Source: Limnochordia bacterium
GTDB lineage: Bacteria; Bacillota; Limnochordia; Darwinibacteriales; DTU012
Assembly: GCA_007116145.1 (NCBI GenBank)
Contig: SKJB01000111.1
Coordinates: 2,804 to 66,803, forward strand
Direction: 5' to 3'
DNA: 64,000 bases
In this document: positions 48,831-57,499 of the stretch, in pieces
Layout of the letters: each line of letters starts with the position of its first letter
How positions within the stretch are numbered: the stretch's first letter is position 1
Translations under genes and position numbers: made by a program
Notes under the pieces: model-generated
The model's input: only the letters and a program-made list of their open reading frames with translations
What the model was told of the DNA's origin: nothing
Database searches by the model: none

Positions 48831-49850
48831 ATGTTACGATATCAACCAAAACGAGTATTTATTGAGCCTGACGCTTTAGAGTATCCCCTCGGCATCAAAC
48901 TACAAGCACTGTTTACAGATGCCGATATTCCCATTGAAACTACCACAGCGCATAATCGGGTTACTGGCATCCCTGGAAAAAGTGACAAAGAAAAATACAT
49001 TCAAGCAAAACGTAGCCTCGTTATCGGAGTGCGCCGTTCATTAACGTTTCAATCCTGTAAGCCTTCAGCCCACTACCAACTCCCTTTAGTGACAAGTTGT
49101 CCTGGATTATGCGAATATTGTTACTTGCAAACGACCTTAGGTCCCAAACCAGCAGTGCGGATATATGTTAATACTGATCAGATTTTAGCCAAAGCCAGTG
49201 AATATATGCGCGCAAAAGAGCCAGACATTACAATCTTTGAAGGCGCTGCCACATCAGATCCCATTCCCGTTGAATATTTAACTGGTGCCTTAAAACAAGC
49301 TATCGAGTTTTTTGGTCAGACCCCACTTGGCCGCTTTCGTTTTGTCACCAAATTTGCCGATGTAGATTCCTTGCTCACAGCAGCTCACCAAGAACATACA
49401 GAAATTCGCTTTTCCCTCAATACAGATACTGTAATTGACACATACGAAAAAGGCACATCATCTGCAAAAGCCCGCTTAGAGGCAGCGGAGAAAGTGGCTA
49501 AAGCAGGATATCCTATCGGATTTCTCCTCGCACCCATCCTGATCTATGAGAACTGGCAGGTCGAATACACCCAACTCATTACTGCATTAGCCCGACGATT
49601 ACCCAAGGATATACACGTCGGCTTTGAGTTAATTACTCATCGATATACAACCCGAGCAAAAAACAATATTCTTAAAGTGTTCCCCGACACAACCTTGCCT
49701 ATGGATGAGAGTGAACGCCAATTCAAATACGGACAATTTGGATATGGCAAGTATGTATACCCTAAAGAGACCATGGCTGCTATTAAGGAATTCTTTCACC
49801 AGGAACTAAACACTCATTTTCCCTACGCAAGCATTGCCTATCTGGTATAA
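48831..49850 (+). CDS. splB: spore photoproduct lyase (radical SAM)
   Basis: 339 aa; CPGLCEYCY radical-SAM cysteine triad (Cx3Cx2C) in the SplB context; length matches SplB. Confidence 0.85.
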   Translation: MLRYQPKRVFIEPDALEYPLGIKLQALFTDADIPIETTTAHNRVTGIPGKSDKEKYIQAKRSLVIGVRRSLTFQSCKPSAHYQLPLVTSCPGLCEYCYLQTTLGPKPAVRIYVNTDQILAKASEYMRAKEPDITIFEGAATSDPIPVEYLTGALKQAIEFFGQTPLGRFRFVTKFADVDSLLTAAHQEHTEIRFSLNTDTVIDTYEKGTSSAKARLEAAEKVAKAGYPIGFLLAPILIYENWQVEYTQLITALARRLPKDIHVGFELITHRYTTRAKNNILKVFPDTTLPMDESERQFKYGQFGYGKYVYPKETMAAIKEFFHQELNTHFPYASIAYLV

Positions 49851-49851
49851 A

Positions 49852-50184
49852 CTAGATCTCTCGCTTTTGCGAGCGCACCTCTTCAAAGCCTTGGGGGTAG
49901 CGCTTCTTTAGTTTTTCGACATTGTTTTCCGCAACGAGATCTAAAGAGAGATTAAATGCACTGGCTAAGTTGGCCAAATACCACAGCACATCACCTAGTT
50001 CATCACACACCTTATCGCGATCTGCTTGGTGCCCATGAAAAACGACTTTTTTCAAGTAGTCACATACTTCCCCCGCCTCTCCGGCTAATCCCATCCCTAA
50101 ATTCGCTAGTTGGTAAATATCTGCTGGTTTACTATTTAGAGTTCGCTTTGCTGCTTGTTGATAATCTTCAAACTCTTTTTTCAT
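49852..50184 (-). CDS. MazG-like nucleotide pyrophosphohydrolase domain protein
   Basis: 110 aa; the GLAGEAGEV...ELGDVLWYLANLA pattern is typical of small MazG/NTP-PPase proteins. Confidence 0.7.
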   Translation of the reverse strand: MKKEFEDYQQAAKRTLNSKPADIYQLANLGMGLAGEAGEVCDYLKKVVFHGHQADRDKVCDELGDVLWYLANLASAFNLSLDLVAENNVEKLKKRYPQGFEEVRSQKREI

Positions 50185-50269
50185 GTATACATACTCCCTC
50201 TTTTAGCACATTAGTTTGCTCCCCACCTAGGGATCACATGGTGCTAGTTTGGTCAATTCTTGAAACGTT

Positions 50270-50299
50270 TTGCTTTTTAGTAAATGCTGGTGTATAATG
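50270..50299 (+). promoter_or_regulatory. putative sigma-A promoter (TTGCTT, 18 nt, TGTATAAT extended -10) for the DUF502 gene
   Basis: Perfect TGnTATAAT at 50292-50299. Confidence 0.4.
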
Positions 50300-50394
50300 T
50301 TTTCTAAAGCTTGCCCTTTGACTAAACGAATAATGGTCTTTTCACTGTAGAGACCCTCCCTTATTACACTATTTTTTTCTAGGAGGTAAATATC

Positions 50395-50979
50395 ATGCGT
50401 CGATACTTTTTGACTGGACTTTTAGTGCTACTGCCCTTAGTGGTAACGGCATATTTGCTGATTACTGGTTTTCTCATTATTGACGGGATCTTAGGAAATT
50501 TCCTCAACATGCTCTTTAAACAGCAAATTCCAGGCGCAGGAGCAGCTTTAACACTTGTTCTGATCACCCTAACTGGAATGGTCGCAACCAATGTCATCGG
50601 TCGCAAACTCATCCACGTGGGAGAACAAATATTTTTACGAATCCCTATTGTTCGTAACCTGTACCAAGGAGTCAAGCAACTTTTGGATGCATTTTCTAAT
50701 TCCACATCTAAAGATGCCTTTAAAAAAGTAGTCCTTGTTCAACACCCCAGAGTAGGCGTGTATTCCGTCGCATTCCTCACTACAGAAACAAAAGGTGAGA
50801 TTCAAAGCAAAATCACCGATCCGTGTGTCAGTGTATTTATCCCAACAACACCGAATCCCACCTCTGGTTTTTTTCTCATAATCCCCGAACAAGAATGTAT
50901 TCCTTTAGAGATGAGCGTTGAGGAAGCCTTTAAACTAATAATTTCTGGCGGCATTCTTGTTCCACCATTTGACGAATAA
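50395..50979 (+). CDS. DUF502-family membrane protein
   Basis: 194 aa; two N-terminal TM helices and the conserved DUF502 core (IPIVRNLYQGVKQLLDAF...VVLVQHPRVG). Confidence 0.7.
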   Translation: MRRYFLTGLLVLLPLVVTAYLLITGFLIIDGILGNFLNMLFKQQIPGAGAALTLVLITLTGMVATNVIGRKLIHVGEQIFLRIPIVRNLYQGVKQLLDAFSNSTSKDAFKKVVLVQHPRVGVYSVAFLTTETKGEIQSKITDPCVSVFIPTTPNPTSGFFLIIPEQECIPLEMSVEEAFKLIISGGILVPPFDE

Positions 50980-51023
50980 ACCACCCTGACGAAAAACCCA
51001 AGAGAAAAATCCTCTTGGGTTTT

Positions 51024-51578
51024 TTATTTCTGCGCAAATATTGCAGGCGGGCGCACGATCTCGATACGAGACAGGGGCCAATACGACCAAACAGCTCGCC
51101 CCACAACAAGTTCTTTCGGAACAAAGCTAACACGCATATCGCGGCTATCTAAGCTGTTATTCCGATTATCCCCGAGCACAAAGTAATGATCCTCTGGTAC
51201 CACTTGCGGATAAAAATCACGCATAGCTGGTTCACTAATATATTCTTCCTTAATCAGCTCCTGATTTATGAATACATTACCGTCAATAATGGCAACTGTA
51301 TCACCAGGAACCCCAATTACTCGCTTAATAAATTCGTCTCGCTGATTGACGGGGAATTTAAACACAATGATTTCACCAGGGCTCGGTTCAATAAATCGAT
51401 AGGAAATTTTATCTACTAACAAACGCTGGCTATTCCACAACGTTGGCATCATAGACGTCCCTTGCACTGAAAATGACTGCGCAATAAAAGTAATAATAAA
51501 TGCAGTTAAAATTAAGGAACCAATAATCGCTTCGAGCCACTCCCGTACTACACTTTTTTGCTTTTTTGTTGACTGCAT
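51024..51578 (-). CDS. sipS: signal peptidase I
   Basis: 184 aa; catalytic serine box VQGTSMMPTL, lysine box KRVIGVPGD, and GDNRNNSLDSR. Confidence 0.85.
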   Translation of the reverse strand: MQSTKKQKSVVREWLEAIIGSLILTAFIITFIAQSFSVQGTSMMPTLWNSQRLLVDKISYRFIEPSPGEIIVFKFPVNQRDEFIKRVIGVPGDTVAIIDGNVFINQELIKEEYISEPAMRDFYPQVVPEDHYFVLGDNRNNSLDSRDMRVSFVPKELVVGRAVWSYWPLSRIEIVRPPAIFAQK

Positions 51579-51587
51579 AATCCACCC

Positions 51588-52178
51588 CTACTCTAAAAGT
51601 TCCCCAAACAATTGGGGCTTTCGTATAATACTCATCCTATTTAACGGCCAATAACGCCAAATCGCTCTTCCCACCACCAAATCACGTGGCACAAATCCTA
51701 CTCGTTTATCGCGACTATCTTCGCTATTATTCCGATTATCTCCCAAAACAAAATAATGCTCTGCGGGTACAATTTGCCGAGAAAATCCATAACGAGCCGG
51801 ATCCGAAATAAAATCTTCCACTACCTCTTGGTTGTTAACAAACACCTTACCATCGATCACCTCTACGGTGTCACCAGAAACAGCAACAATTCGCTTAATA
51901 AAATGCTGTTTTGGATCCGTTGGATATTTAAAGACAATGATTTCGCCCCGCGCTGGTTGCATAAAACGATACGAAATTTTATCAACCAATACTCGTTCAC
52001 CATTGTACAACGTTGGCTGCATCGACAGCCCCTCCACAGTGAACGCACGAGCAATAATTACCATGATAAAGACAGATAAAAGCATAGCTCCGCCTAATGT
52101 TTCTAGCAACTCGCGCCAATCATTGGTGGGGCGGACTAAATTTCTCAGGGAAATCCCCTCCATTTTATATTCTATCAT
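51588..52178 (-). CDS. signal peptidase I (tandem paralog)
   Basis: 196 aa; VEGLSMQPTL, KRIVAVSGD, GDNRNNSEDSR. Confidence 0.85.
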   Translation of the reverse strand: MIEYKMEGISLRNLVRPTNDWRELLETLGGAMLLSVFIMVIIARAFTVEGLSMQPTLYNGERVLVDKISYRFMQPARGEIIVFKYPTDPKQHFIKRIVAVSGDTVEVIDGKVFVNNQEVVEDFISDPARYGFSRQIVPAEHYFVLGDNRNNSEDSRDKRVGFVPRDLVVGRAIWRYWPLNRMSIIRKPQLFGELLE

Positions 52179-52263
52179 TTTATGATTAATACCACAATAC
52201 TAAAAGAAAATCCTGCCTAGCTTAAGTTAAGCCAGACAGGAACTGGATGGAAAGATCTACTGT

Positions 52264-52842
52264 TTAAAAATCCCAAAGACAACCTTGACAGATCCTTTTA
52301 TATTCCTTCGCCTTTTGCCTAAACGTCTCCTTATTACCCAAACGTAGTGCTTGATCGATTTCATCCTTCAGTAAAATACCCGAAATAGCTCGATCGATTT
52401 GTTCTTGCATTATGTGTGCGAAAGCTGGTTCTAAAGCCTTGCCTAAAGTACTAGCAGCTGCTACTTCCTCATACCACACTGGAGGTGAATCTGCAAACAA
52501 AAATTGCACGTGCAAAACACCTTGAAACTTACGCAATACCTCCACAGCCTGAACGGGATCATGCACCCACTGTGCTGGGTTACGTTTCTTTTGTTTCACG
52601 AGCCGCCCATTAACTAAAGACACTTCATTACGTTCAATTGCACCTAACTCTAATTCAAACGAAGGACCATCCGCTCCGGCTTGTGCCACTATCATGGTAT
52701 CAGGTAAAGACGATAGTGTAGTAACAAACATCATCCGACTAAGTAAATCCTCATTTTCCGCTAAACAATCTAATAAGTATCTACTCATTCGGTGTTTGAG
52801 CGGGGTTTTGCTAAATCTGCGGACAACGTCAATAACTTGCAT
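52264..52842 (-). CDS. YpiB-like UPF0302 protein with C-terminal IDEAL domain
   Basis: 192 aa; the C-terminal KDEIDQALRLGNKETF matches the IDEAL motif; the N-terminal pattern resembles B. subtilis YpiB. Confidence 0.5.
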   Translation of the reverse strand: MQVIDVVRRFSKTPLKHRMSRYLLDCLAENEDLLSRMMFVTTLSSLPDTMIVAQAGADGPSFELELGAIERNEVSLVNGRLVKQKKRNPAQWVHDPVQAVEVLRKFQGVLHVQFLFADSPPVWYEEVAAASTLGKALEPAFAHIMQEQIDRAISGILLKDEIDQALRLGNKETFRQKAKEYKRICQGCLWDF

Positions 52843-53008
52843 AACCCATCACCCCTACTCTAGGTGGCGTGCGCCCAACTCTGGCTGCACTTACCTCCTA
52901 AAATGCTTTACTACACTATATGCACACACCTACTAAGAATGACAATTACCTGATTATTTCATTCCACTATAAGCACGCAGCTGCACCAAATTTCCCAAAC
53001 ACATCCAC

Positions 53009-53037
53009 TTGACACAAACCTTTGTTCGATATAAAAT
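53009..53037 (+). promoter_or_regulatory. putative promoter (TTGACA ... TAAAAT) with an embedded Firmicute LexA (Cheo) box-like site CAAACCTTTGTTCG
   Basis: TTGACA at 53009-53014; CAAAC-N4-GTTCG at 53015-53028 has one mismatch to CGAAC-N4-GTTCG; -10 TAAAAT at 53032-53037; 17-nt spacing. Lies upstream of the imuB-like/dnaE2 genes. Confidence 0.45.
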
Positions 53038-53074
53038 ATAGACACGATCTTACGTTCTAAAAAAGGGTGGTATT

Positions 53075-54184
53075 ATGATTGTTTATTTTGGACTACGACA
53101 TTTTTATGTAAAGCATACAACAACAGACCTGCCAAACGACGCCATTATCCTTACTTATCAAAAACGGATCTGGGATTATACACCCCATTTAAAAACGGCT
53201 GGCGTCAATTGTGGGCAATCGCTTATTCGTATAGAAAAGCGATTGCCTAACGTCACCATCATTCCCATTAACATATGGGATTATAGTCTGCACAACAAAG
53301 ACATCCTGGCATTTTGTCATCAATGGACGCATCAAGTAGAAACGGAGTATCCGCATGCGTGGTACGGAAAAATCCCAGATCACTTATGGAATACAAAATT
53401 CGGTCAATCCTTCCTCGACCACTTAGCAACCTTGAATTTATCGGGAATCTGGGGGGCGGCACCGAGTAAAATATTAGCCAAATGGGTGGCCCATTCCCAG
53501 CCGAATAGCATTCTCACAGCAAACCAAACGGAACAATTCTTAGCTAATTTACCCATTAACCGTCTCCAAATTCCTGAAAAGACACAATTACACAAACTTG
53601 GCATCTACACACTTGGTGATTTCAAGGCCATTCCTATTCCCCAATTAACTAGCCAGTTTGGACAGCGAGCAAAGGAAATCTTGCAATTAGCACAAGGAAT
53701 TGACGCTACTCCTTTTCAAAATACGTATACTAAAGATATTGCCTGGGAAATAAACTTTTTAACAGACCCCACCATCGAAACAATGATCGCCCAACCTAAA
53801 TTACAACACTTCTTAGAACAAGGAGTTCAGGAGCTGAGCCAACAATTAGAAACTACCACTCAACTTACTCGGCAAGTTCAGTTGTGGTATTACGATGAAA
53901 CAAATAAAGAATACCTAACTAAGACATTTAACCAAGCGACTAAAGATCCCCAAATTCTTATGTGCGTATTAACCAATATTTTGCCCAAACATCCGATTTC
54001 GCAATTAGGCTTGAAAGCTACCCAGTTAGAAAAACACACCCCTAAACAGTTGGACATATTTTGCCAAAATCCGACTACGAACCAATTGGATTCATTAAAA
54101 ACTCGCTTGGCAGATAAATTACTAGATCTCACTCTCTCTAGACGGGAAAAAGTTCTGGAATTATGGGAGTCATCATATCTCTAA
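53075..54184 (+). CDS. imuB: ImuB-like, catalytically inactive Y-family DNA polymerase homolog (possibly frame-disrupted at its 3' end)
   Basis: 369 aa; WGAAPSKILAKWVA and LGIYTLGDFKAIPIPQLTSQFGQRAKEILQLAQGIDATPF match Y-family (DinB/UmuC) fingers/thumb motifs. The N-terminus MIVYFGLRHFY lacks the catalytic DxD carboxylates. Directly precedes a DnaE2-type polymerase gene. Confidence 0.55.
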   Translation: MIVYFGLRHFYVKHTTTDLPNDAIILTYQKRIWDYTPHLKTAGVNCGQSLIRIEKRLPNVTIIPINIWDYSLHNKDILAFCHQWTHQVETEYPHAWYGKIPDHLWNTKFGQSFLDHLATLNLSGIWGAAPSKILAKWVAHSQPNSILTANQTEQFLANLPINRLQIPEKTQLHKLGIYTLGDFKAIPIPQLTSQFGQRAKEILQLAQGIDATPFQNTYTKDIAWEINFLTDPTIETMIAQPKLQHFLEQGVQELSQQLETTTQLTRQVQLWYYDETNKEYLTKTFNQATKDPQILMCVLTNILPKHPISQLGLKATQLEKHTPKQLDIFCQNPTTNQLDSLKTRLADKLLDLTLSRREKVLELWESSYL

Positions 54185-54416
54185 GTTCATTAAAAAACCA
54201 GTAACAGTCCAAGCGGAGTTCGGAATTCCTCGTTCGTTCTATTATATTGAGAAGTACTGGGTGGAAAAAATCCAAGAGCATTGGCGTGAGTGTGGACAGT
54301 GGTGGATTGAAGAGCCAGAGCTTTATGTTTTTCGTGTTATCGCACGTCAAAATTTGTTTGAGCTACACTTTTATCCAACCATAAATCAATGGATCCTTTA
54401 TCGGATCGAAGATTAG
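54126..54416 (+). other. ATG-less Trp-rich reading frame overlapping the imuB-like 3' end and running to the dnaE2 start; a candidate frameshifted C-terminal extension of the ImuB-like protein
   Basis: Open frame with no ATG translating ...RREKFWNYGSHHISKFIKKPVTVQAEFGIPRSFYYIEKYWVEKIQEHWRECGQWWIEEPELYVFRVIARQNLFELHFYPTINQWILYRIED*. It is reachable from the imuB frame by loss of one A in the A5 run at 54147-54151. Confidence 0.35.
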
Positions 54417-54424
54417 GTGATCCT

Positions 54425-57400
54425 ATGTTTGTACATTTGCATTGTCATTCTCCGTATTCATTTTTAGACGGCGTTTCGTCAATTCGCACCTATCTGGAGA
54501 AGGCTGCAGACTATAAGATGCCGGCACTTGCTTTAACGGACCACTGTAATATCAGTGGGGCGGTAGAGTTTCATAAAATTGCCCATGAATATGGTATAAA
54601 ACCAATCCAAGGTGCGGAGATTACAACGCCAGGGGGATACCACCTTACCCTACTTGCAGAGAATTCTAAGGGATATGAAAACCTCTGTCGATTATTGACA
54701 ACTGGTTTTGTGAAACACGGCGCTGCACCAACAGTCTCGTGGAGCAACTTAGCTTTGTATCACCAAGGACTGCTCGCTTTATCAGGATGTCGGCGCTCAG
54801 AGCTTGTTCAGGCAATTGTTCGGCGTAAACATTCCCACGCTCTCGAACACGTACAAAAACTAATACAGACCTTCGGAAATGGGCAAGTATACTTAGAAAT
54901 GACAAATACATATTTACCCCGCACAAAACAGCTACTAAAAAGCTTATTTGCACTGCATGAACATACAAAAGTACCGCTCATAGCGACCAACAATGTCCAT
55001 TATGCAAATAAACTCGATTATAGACTTCACGATGTACTTGCTTGTGTGAGAACATTGACCAAACTAGCAGACATCCATCCTGCACGACCCTTAAATGGTG
55101 AAAACTATTTTGCATCGCCAAAAGAAATGCAACAACGCTTTTCCATGTATCCACAAGCGGTTGTAAACACTTTGGAAGTTGCTAGACGCTGTGACTCTGC
55201 GTTGCCTTTAGGGAGAAACCTTTTTCCTAAATTTCTGCCTCCAGCGGGCTTTAAAACCGCACAGCAGTTTTTAAGGCATTTAGTCCAGCAAGGTGCAATT
55301 GAGCGCTACGGCAAACTAACTCCGAATATTGAACAACGCTTAAACCACGAACTGACAATTATTGAGAAATTGCATGTAGTTGATTACTTTTTAGTGGTAT
55401 GGGATATTGTACAGTATGCAAAAGCAAACAATATCCGTTATGCCGGCCGCGGATCTGCGGCTGATTCCGCTGTTGCTTATTGCTTAAAAATTACCAATGT
55501 AGATGCCATTGGTCGCTCTCTATTATTTGAGCGATTTTTAAGTCTTGAACGTGCCCAAAAGCCAGATATTGATATTGATTTTGATGCCCAAAAGCGAGAT
55601 CAAGTCGCCAACTATGTTTATGAGAAATATGGTGAAAAACACGTGGCCTCCGTCTGCACATTTTCCACTTACCATGCTCGTTCAAGTCTGCGCGATCTAG
55701 GCAAAGCTTGGGGATTTCCTGAACAAGAATTACGGATGATCACAAAAAATATACCACAGTATATCCCCGCTGATGGTATTCGTAAAACTCTAGCTGCACT
55801 GCCTGAATTAGAAAATCATCCGTTGCATTTACCGAAATATCAAGAATTACTCGATTTTTGCCAAGCTCTAACAGGCCATCCTCGTCATATGGGGACGCAC
55901 TTAGGCGGATTAGTTGTCAGTGGTCCTGAGCTTACAACTATCAGCCCACTCCAACCCTCTGCCAAGGGCGTAATGACAACGCAGTTTGACAAAAATACGA
56001 TCGAGGACTTAGGGCTTATTAAACTTGATCTTCTATCGCTTCGTACCCTCTCTGCTGTCAGTGAGGTCGACACCCAATTAGCCGCAAATAAAGCAGTTCG
56101 CTATGATCAGATTCCACTCGACGATCAAGCCACATACCAAATGCTAAATAAGGGCGATACTGTCGGTGTCTTTCAATTAGAAAGCCCCGCTCAACGCAAT
56201 CTTCAATCGCGACTTCAAGCTGACAATATCGAAGACTTAGTGGCAAGCGTCGCCTTAATTCGGCCCGGCCCCATTAAAGGAAATATGGTAGAGCCCTATC
56301 TCACCCGACGTCACGGTCTCGAACAACCAAGTTACATCCATCCTAAACTAGAGCCGATTTTGCGTAAGACATATGGTGTAGTTCTATTTCAAGAACAAGT
56401 CATTGAGATTGCCACCGAAATTGCCGGCTTCACACCAGGGGAATCCGATCGACTGCGCCGAGTGATGACCAAATTTCGCTCACAGGTCGAGATGGATGCA
56501 ATCGGAGAGGAATTTATTCGTAAAGCGATCAACCGAGGGATAGATGCAGAGATCGCGCAAACAATTTTCTCCTATATTGTAGGATATGCAGGTTATGGAT
56601 TTTGCGAAGCCCACGCAGCCGCTTTTTCAGACACTGCCTATAAAACTGCGTACTTATTGCGCCACCATCCTGCCCAGTTTTATGCTGCTTTACTTAATCA
56701 TCAACCAATGGGATTTTATCCACCGAATACCCTTTGTGTGCAAGCAAGGCGCGCTAACATCGCTATTCTCCCCTTAGACATCAACTGTAGTGAGGATCGC
56801 GTGGTGGCTACAGCCAGTGCCATTCGGATTGGTTTAAACCAAGTAAAGGGCATGGAACCAAAGTTTATTATGGCCATTTTAACTACTCGAGCGAAACAAA
56901 AATTTCATTCTCTGGCTGAATTTATTTACCGAACCACACTGCCAAAAGATATTCTTGAGAATCTCATTTTAGCGGGGGCCTTTGATGCTTTTTGCGCAAA
57001 CCGCCGTTCCTTACTATGGAAACTGCCAAACTATATGAAAAACAGACAGGGAAGCCTCTTTTTTGCTGAAGATTCCCCTGGGGATTATCTCGCAGATTTT
57101 TCACCCTGGCAACGATGGGCACAAGAATTCCAAGTACTTCAGTTATCAGCAACCACACACATTATGGATTTTTATCGGACAACATTGCAGGCTCGGGGCG
57201 TACTTACTAGTAAAGATGCCATGCGTAAAGACCAAGGGACACTCACCGTTGCCGGATTAGTCATCCGACCCCACAGACCACCAACACGTAGTGGAAGAGT
57301 GGTTGTCTTTCTCACATTAGAAGATGAACACGGCTTATTTGATGTAACCATTTTTGAAGACGTCTACCACCGCTATGCAAAACAAATTTTCCAAAGCCCA

Positions 57401-57499
57401 CTCTTGCTGATTAGCGGAGAAGTAACCCGGCGCGATGGTCATGAGTTTAACATCATTGCCAAGCATATTACACCTTTACCTCTTAAGTCTACCAAGTAG
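54425..57499 (+). CDS. dnaE2: error-prone DNA polymerase, DnaE2/ImuC-type polymerase III alpha homolog
   Basis: N-terminal PHP domain with HLHCHSPYSFLDGVSS (the YSFLDG pattern is characteristic of DnaE2). About 1030 aa with no tau/beta-binding C-terminal extension. The ATG at 54425 has an AGGTGA RBS; the longer ORF from 54389 has none. Confidence 0.75.
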   Translation: MFVHLHCHSPYSFLDGVSSIRTYLEKAADYKMPALALTDHCNISGAVEFHKIAHEYGIKPIQGAEITTPGGYHLTLLAENSKGYENLCRLLTTGFVKHGAAPTVSWSNLALYHQGLLALSGCRRSELVQAIVRRKHSHALEHVQKLIQTFGNGQVYLEMTNTYLPRTKQLLKSLFALHEHTKVPLIATNNVHYANKLDYRLHDVLACVRTLTKLADIHPARPLNGENYFASPKEMQQRFSMYPQAVVNTLEVARRCDSALPLGRNLFPKFLPPAGFKTAQQFLRHLVQQGAIERYGKLTPNIEQRLNHELTIIEKLHVVDYFLVVWDIVQYAKANNIRYAGRGSAADSAVAYCLKITNVDAIGRSLLFERFLSLERAQKPDIDIDFDAQKRDQVANYVYEKYGEKHVASVCTFSTYHARSSLRDLGKAWGFPEQELRMITKNIPQYIPADGIRKTLAALPELENHPLHLPKYQELLDFCQALTGHPRHMGTHLGGLVVSGPELTTISPLQPSAKGVMTTQFDKNTIEDLGLIKLDLLSLRTLSAVSEVDTQLAANKAVRYDQIPLDDQATYQMLNKGDTVGVFQLESPAQRNLQSRLQADNIEDLVASVALIRPGPIKGNMVEPYLTRRHGLEQPSYIHPKLEPILRKTYGVVLFQEQVIEIATEIAGFTPGESDRLRRVMTKFRSQVEMDAIGEEFIRKAINRGIDAEIAQTIFSYIVGYAGYGFCEAHAAAFSDTAYKTAYLLRHHPAQFYAALLNHQPMGFYPPNTLCVQARRANIAILPLDINCSEDRVVATASAIRIGLNQVKGMEPKFIMAILTTRAKQKFHSLAEFIYRTTLPKDILENLILAGAFDAFCANRRSLLWKLPNYMKNRQGSLFFAEDSPGDYLADFSPWQRWAQEFQVLQLSATTHIMDFYRTTLQARGVLTSKDAMRKDQGTLTVAGLVIRPHRPPTRSGRVVVFLTLEDEHGLFDVTIFEDVYHRYAKQIFQSPLLLISGEVTRRDGHEFNIIAKHITPLPLKSTK

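Noticed and set aside
54138-54350. 70-aa minus-strand ORF between imuB-like and dnaE2
   Set aside because: Antisense to the more compelling plus-strand Trp-rich frame; no RBS.
54389-57499. Alternative call of the polymerase as the housekeeping Firmicute DnaE (DnaE3)
   Set aside because: The YSFLDG PHP signature and the catalytically dead Y-family gene directly upstream favour DnaE2/ImuC. This still needs phylogenetic confirmation.
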